NCBI GenBank assembly: GCA_964247135.1
Contig: CAXTTL010000161.1
Span: 1 to 11,144 of the forward strand
Reading direction: 5' to 3'
DNA: 11,144 nucleotides
DNA from: an uncultured Deinococcales bacterium
GTDB lineage: Bacteria > Deinococcota > Deinococci > Deinococcales > JAAFIG01
The position numbers and the translations under genes were made by a program. Numbering within the stretch: the stretch's first letter is position 1; every line of letters begins with the position of its first letter. The notes under the pieces were generated by a model. The model ran no database searches, was not told the origin of the DNA, and was given only the letters and a program-made list of their open reading frames with translations. Positions 7,222 to 11,144 of this stretch are shown piece after piece.

Positions 7222-8316
7222 ATGACGATTTCGAGCGCCAAAAACCCAGCCAAGAATCCTGGCAAAAATCCGGTCAGGGCGCAGGTGCAAAACGCGCCTT
7301 TGTACCCTTTTACCCCAATTGATGCGCCGATCAAGCTCGATCAGAACGAAAGCCCGTCTGATGTCCCGCTCAGCTTGAAACGCGAGATTTTTGCGCGGCT
7401 CGAGCAAATTCCTTGGAATCGTTACCCCGAAATGCACAGCGATGGCTTAAAGCAAAAAATTGCCGCGCTCGAGGATTGGGATGCCGCAGGCGTGGTGCTC
7501 GCGCCTGGCTCGAACGTGTTGATTTACGCCTTGGCACAGATTGCTGGCATTGGTCAGCGAGTCTTGACCGTATCGCCTGGTTTTGCCCTCTATGCGCTCT
7601 CAGGCAAGCTTCTTGGCGGCACTCTAACCGAGTTGCCCCTCGAGCCAGATTTTTCGTTGCCCATCGATGATCTCTGCCGTGAATTGCGAAACGCTGGTCC
7701 TGGCATCTTGTTTTTGGCTGAGCCTCACGCGCCGACTGGGGCGTTACACCCAATTTCAGACATCTTGCGGATTCTCGAGGCGGCGAGGGGTGAATGGTTG
7801 GTGGTGCTTGACGAGGCTTATGTCCAATATGCCAATGGCAACCTCAAACAATTGGCACTCGAGCACGACAATGTGGTGATTTTGCGAACGTTTTCCAAAG
7901 CCTGGGGTTTGGCTGGCGTGCGGTTGGGGTACTTGCTTTCTAACCCGAATTTGGCAGCCAATGTTCAAAAAATGCTGTTGCCGTTTAACATCTCAATCCT
8001 GCACCAAGTCACTGCCGAGGTGATTCTCGAGCATCCCGAAATCACCAAATCTCTGATTCAGCACACGATTCTCGAGCGTGAGAGAGTGTTCAAAGCTCTT
8101 CTCGAGCACCCAAATTGGATTGCGTATCAATCAAATGCGAATTATATTTTGGTTCGCACCAATGACGCCAAACGGGTTCATGGAATGTTGCTGGAGCGTG
8201 GTATTTTGGTGCGTCGTCAAGATTCGTATCAGAACCTCGAGGGTTGTATTCGGGTCAGTATCGGCACAACCCTCGAAAACGATGCCTTCATTGCCGCCAT
8301 TAAGGACATTTCATGA
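7222..8316 (+). CDS. hisC: Histidinol-phosphate aminotransferase
   Basis: IKLDQNESP, NRYP, DEAY, PLP-lysine motif RTFSKAWGLAGVRLGY, IRVSIGT. Overlaps hisB. Start reassigned from TTG 7183 to ATG 7222. Confidence 0.93.
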   Translation: MTISSAKNPAKNPGKNPVRAQVQNAPLYPFTPIDAPIKLDQNESPSDVPLSLKREIFARLEQIPWNRYPEMHSDGLKQKIAALEDWDAAGVVLAPGSNVLIYALAQIAGIGQRVLTVSPGFALYALSGKLLGGTLTELPLEPDFSLPIDDLCRELRNAGPGILFLAEPHAPTGALHPISDILRILEAARGEWLVVLDEAYVQYANGNLKQLALEHDNVVILRTFSKAWGLAGVRLGYLLSNPNLAANVQKMLLPFNISILHQVTAEVILEHPEITKSLIQHTILERERVFKALLEHPNWIAYQSNANYILVRTNDAKRVHGMLLERGILVRRQDSYQNLEGCIRVSIGTTLENDAFIAAIKDIS

Positions 8317-8900
8317 CCCGAGCCGCCACCGTCGAGCGCAACACCTTGGAGACCCAAATCAAAATCAGCCTCGACCTGGATCAAAATTTGACGGGCAAGC
8401 TCGAGACGGGTCACGCATTTTTGGATCACATGCTCGACCAGATTCGCCGTCACGGTCGGCTTGGTTTGATTGTCGAGGGCAGGGGAGACTTGGCGGTGGA
8501 CGTGCATCATCTTGCCGAGGATACGGGCATCACGCTTGGCATGGCGGTGCTGCAAGCCCTGGGCGACAAGCGCGGGATCGAACGTTACGCCGATGCGTTC
8601 ATACCGATGGACGAAACCCTGGCGCAGGTGGTGCTCGACTTTTCTGGACGCGCCCACCTCGAGTTTAAACCCGAAGATTTGGGCGTTGCCGGCGACGCGG
8701 GCGGTTTTACGATTTACCATTTGCGCGAATTTTTGCGCGGATTTTGCAACCACGCGGGCGCAACCTTGCACGTTCGGTTGCTCAACGGCAAAGAAATCCA
8801 TCATGTGGTCGAAGCCATTTTTAAGGCTTTTGCCAGGGCATTGTTCGCCGCCACCCGAGTCACCAGCCAGGATTTGCCTAGCACCAAAGGCACCTTGTAA
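8313..8900 (+). CDS. hisB: Imidazoleglycerol-phosphate dehydratase
   Basis: RNTLETQI, FLDHML, DVHHLAEDTGI, PMDETL, HHVVEAIFKAFARAL, PSTKGTL. ATGA overlap with the hisC stop. Confidence 0.97.
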   Translation: MTRAATVERNTLETQIKISLDLDQNLTGKLETGHAFLDHMLDQIRRHGRLGLIVEGRGDLAVDVHHLAEDTGITLGMAVLQALGDKRGIERYADAFIPMDETLAQVVLDFSGRAHLEFKPEDLGVAGDAGGFTIYHLREFLRGFCNHAGATLHVRLLNGKEIHHVVEAIFKAFARALFAATRVTSQDLPSTKGTL

Positions 8901-8918
8901 ATCTCTGAGACTCGAGAT

Positions 8919-8956
8919 AAAAACCTCGAGCTTCCAAGCATCTGGAAGCTCGAGGT
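8919..8956 (-). terminator. Intrinsic terminator between convergent hisB and osmC (U-tail on the osmC strand)
   Basis: Perfect 14-bp stem ACCTCGAGCTTCCA (8923-8936) / TGGAAGCTCGAGGT (8943-8956) with a 6-nt loop. The A-run at 8919-8923 gives a T-tail on the minus strand. Confidence 0.75.
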
Positions 8957-8968
8957 GGGCTTAAATTT

Positions 8969-9394
8969 CTAGCCTTCTAACGCGGCATCAAGTTCCATCG
9001 GCACGCTTTGGAGTGCCCTTGAAACGATACAACCCGTTTTGGTCGCCTCGGCGAGTTCCAAAAATTGCTCGCTCGAGATGCCTGGTACGACCGCGCGGGT
9101 CACGAGTTTGAGTTTGGTGATGCTCATGCCGTCACCAACTTTTTCGACCGTGCAGTTGCCTTCGGTGGCGACCTTGATTGGCACAAAACCGTTGCGCTCG
9201 AGTGCGGCGTTCAGCGCCATCGAGTAACAGCCGGCGTGGGCGGCTGCCAATAATTCTTCTGGGTTGCTGCCAGGACCGTCCTCAAAGCGGCTCGAGAATG
9301 CGTATTGAATGTCAAGTCCAGATTGTCCGGTGATGTGTCCCTTGCCCTCTTTGAGCGTTCCAGTCCAGGTGGCGGCAGCTTTGCGTGTTGGCAT
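8969..9394 (-). CDS. osmC: OsmC family peroxiredoxin
   Basis: W.GTLKEGKG, FSSRFE, NPEELLAAAHAGCYSMAL, second Cys in KTGCIVSRAL. Shine-Dalgarno AAAGGAGA upstream. Confidence 0.93.
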   Translation of the reverse strand: MPTRKAAATWTGTLKEGKGHITGQSGLDIQYAFSSRFEDGPGSNPEELLAAAHAGCYSMALNAALERNGFVPIKVATEGNCTVEKVGDGMSITKLKLVTRAVVPGISSEQFLELAEATKTGCIVSRALQSVPMELDAALEG

Positions 9395-9476
9395 GTTGTT
9401 TCTCCTTTACTCGAGCGTTGAAACCCGAGGTTTTATTGTAAGCCAGCCAAGTTGAGGGATTTGTTATGTACGTTGC

Positions 9477-10106
9477 TCAAATTGCTGTTTTGGCTTGGAC
9501 GCCCAAAGCGCGACGCAAAAAGGCAACAGTCTCGGTAATGTAACGCTCGGGTTGAATGTCTGAGCGCCCAAAAATGATGGCGCGGCTGAGCGGCATCATC
9601 ACACCGCTGACCAATTCGGCGGTGATTTGCAAATCGAGACTCGCATCGATTTCTTGGCGCGCTCGTGCGGTCTCGAGCATCAAGATCATTTGCTTGACCT
9701 GCTGATCTTGCTCCATTTGCAGGCGTTTGCTGCCGCCCAAGAGCACATCCATTTCGATCACGTGCATCAGGTCACGGTGTCGTTGCGATACCTTGTACAC
9801 CGCCCAGATGATGGCTTGGATCATCTCGAGAATCGGTTTTTGAGCGTCCATCACCGAAAAAATGGCGCTACGAATCTCGAGCTGCAACCCTTCGGCGACG
9901 GCGGCGATCAAATCGGCTTTGGATGGAAAATAAAGGTAGAACGTGCCCTTGGCAATCCCCGCCAGTTCAACAATTTCGGATACTGGAACGTCGTCGTAAC
10001 GTTTTAAAGACAGGATCGAACGCGCCGCCTCGAGGATTCGCGCCCGTTTGTCAGATTCTTTGGGCTTGGCTGGGTCTGAAATGCTGCTCGAGTTGAGAAC
10101 GGTCAT
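9477..10106 (-). CDS. TetR/AcrR family transcriptional regulator (start ATG 10106, or TTG 10115 overlapping the RND stop)
   Basis: KRARILEAA...VSEIVELAGIAKGTFYLYFPSKADL helix-turn-helix. Lies directly downstream of the RND gene. Confidence 0.92.
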   Translation of the reverse strand: MTVLNSSSISDPAKPKESDKRARILEAARSILSLKRYDDVPVSEIVELAGIAKGTFYLYFPSKADLIAAVAEGLQLEIRSAIFSVMDAQKPILEMIQAIIWAVYKVSQRHRDLMHVIEMDVLLGGSKRLQMEQDQQVKQMILMLETARARQEIDASLDLQITAELVSGVMMPLSRAIIFGRSDIQPERYITETVAFLRRALGVQAKTAI

Positions 10107-10111
10107 CGGAT

Positions 10112-11143
10112 TCAATCTGCCGCCTGCGGCGCAAGCTTTGCGTCTGGGGTCAGGCTGCCCTCGCGCTTGGTTTGCGGTTGAATGCGTCGGCGTTCAAATC
10201 GGTAGAACGCCGATGGCACAACGAATAAAGTCAGGATGGTACTGGTGAGGACGCCGCCCAAAATTACCACGCCCAGACCTTTGCGAAACTCTGAACCCTC
10301 GCCCTCGCCCAGAATCAATGGGATGCTGATGACCAGCACGGTCAATGTGGTCATGATAATCGGACGAAGGCGCAAGCCTGCCGCCTCGACCAGGGCATCT
10401 GCCAATGGCATGGCTCGAGCGCGTTCGACCACAAAATCGAGCAGCAGAATCGCGTTTTTGGTGACCAAGCCGACCAAAACCACCATGCCCAAAACCGTGA
10501 TGATGTCGAGCGCCACGCCCAGAATGGCGAGCGCCCAGATGGCGCCGACCACCGCCAGCGGCACGGGAAGGAGCAAATATATGGGGTATCTAAAACTGTT
10601 GAACTGACTGCCGAGCACGATGTAATTCAACAGCAGCGCCACAACAATCGCAATCGGACCGTACAAGAACAAATTGCCCAACAGCGCCGCGCTGCCCGTC
10701 GAACTGCCCGAACCGATGCGCACCTGGTCATCGACCAAGCCCTGGTCTTTGAGCATTTTTTCGATGGGTGCTCGAGCCGCAAAACCGTTGACACCTTTTT
10801 TCAGCGTCAAGTTGAGGGTCGCATTGTAAGTTTTGGACAATCGACTGATGGTGCTGGGGGCTTGGCGCAACTCGAAATGCCCAAGTTCTGAGAGTGGCAG
10901 GACCGAAGCGAGCGTTGGTGCGTACACGGGCAAGTCGAGCAAGGATTGTTGCCCGCTGATCAGCACAGGATCAAGTTTGACGTTCACATTGTACGATTCG
11001 TCGCCGTCGCGGAACGTCCCCGCTTTCGTGCCCTGGTTGGCGGTGCGAATCGACTGCGCCAAATCGTCGGGCGTCAAACCGGTGCCCTCGAGTTTGCTCT
11101 GCTCTGGCACAAAAGACTGCTCGAGCGAGGTCTGGTTGATCGA
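10112..11143 (-). CDS. RND (AcrB/AcrD/AcrF family) efflux permease, C-terminal part, 5'-truncated by the window
   Basis: LGSQFNSFRYP, PLAVVGA, GLVTKNAILLLDF, RLRPIIMTT, GGVLTSTILTLFVVP. The frame is open to the window end. Confidence 0.93.
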   Translation of the reverse strand, partial: SINQTSLEQSFVPEQSKLEGTGLTPDDLAQSIRTANQGTKAGTFRDGDESYNVNVKLDPVLISGQQSLLDLPVYAPTLASVLPLSELGHFELRQAPSTISRLSKTYNATLNLTLKKGVNGFAARAPIEKMLKDQGLVDDQVRIGSGSSTGSAALLGNLFLYGPIAIVVALLLNYIVLGSQFNSFRYPIYLLLPVPLAVVGAIWALAILGVALDIITVLGMVVLVGLVTKNAILLLDFVVERARAMPLADALVEAAGLRLRPIIMTTLTVLVISIPLILGEGEGSEFRKGLGVVILGGVLTSTILTLFVVPSAFYRFERRRIQPQTKREGSLTPDAKLAPQAAD

Positions 11144-11144
11144 G

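Larger units (their letters stand above)
117..11125. repeat. Dispersed highly iterated palindrome CTCGAG (about 79 copies)
   Basis: Manual count of 79 (allow +/-2), first at 117-122 and last at 11120-11125, about one per 140 bp. About 3 are expected from base composition. Confidence 0.9.

Noticed and set aside
39-10607. Antisense and alternative-frame ORFs in the track (e.g. 39-803, 2810-3292, 8078-8668, 8229-8804)
   Set aside because: They are shadows of well-supported genes and have no recognisable motifs.
117-11125. CTCGAG copies as a CRISPR array, tandem repeat or cloning scars
   Set aside because: Spacing is irregular, flanks are not conserved, and reading frames and conserved protein motifs run intact through the sites.

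Overview
Bacterial chromosomal window, most likely Deinococcota/Deinococcales-like. This is inferred from the MetRS sequence style and from several promoters whose -10 box sits 6 nt before an ATG. It contains ten ordinary genes: a 5'-truncated S9 peptidase, an EamA/DMT transporter, a uridine phosphorylase, metG, a CapD/PglF-type dehydratase, hisC-hisB, osmC, a TetR regulator and a 5'-truncated RND pump. The unusual signals lie outside the ORF track. (1) The palindrome CTCGAG occurs about 79 times by manual count versus about 3 expected, in all reading frames and most densely between genes, like a HIP1-type highly iterated palindrome. (2) Upstream of metG there is a promoter, a leaderless 15-aa peptide, and mutually exclusive antiterminator/terminator hairpins, i.e. 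a candidate ribosome-mediated attenuator. (3) A 25-bp GTAG-type REP is present both in the metG leader and in-frame inside metG. (4) A strong internal Shine-Dalgarno plus GTG in metG could release the C-terminal tRNA-binding domain as a separate protein. No CRISPR, rRNA, tRNA or transposase was seen.
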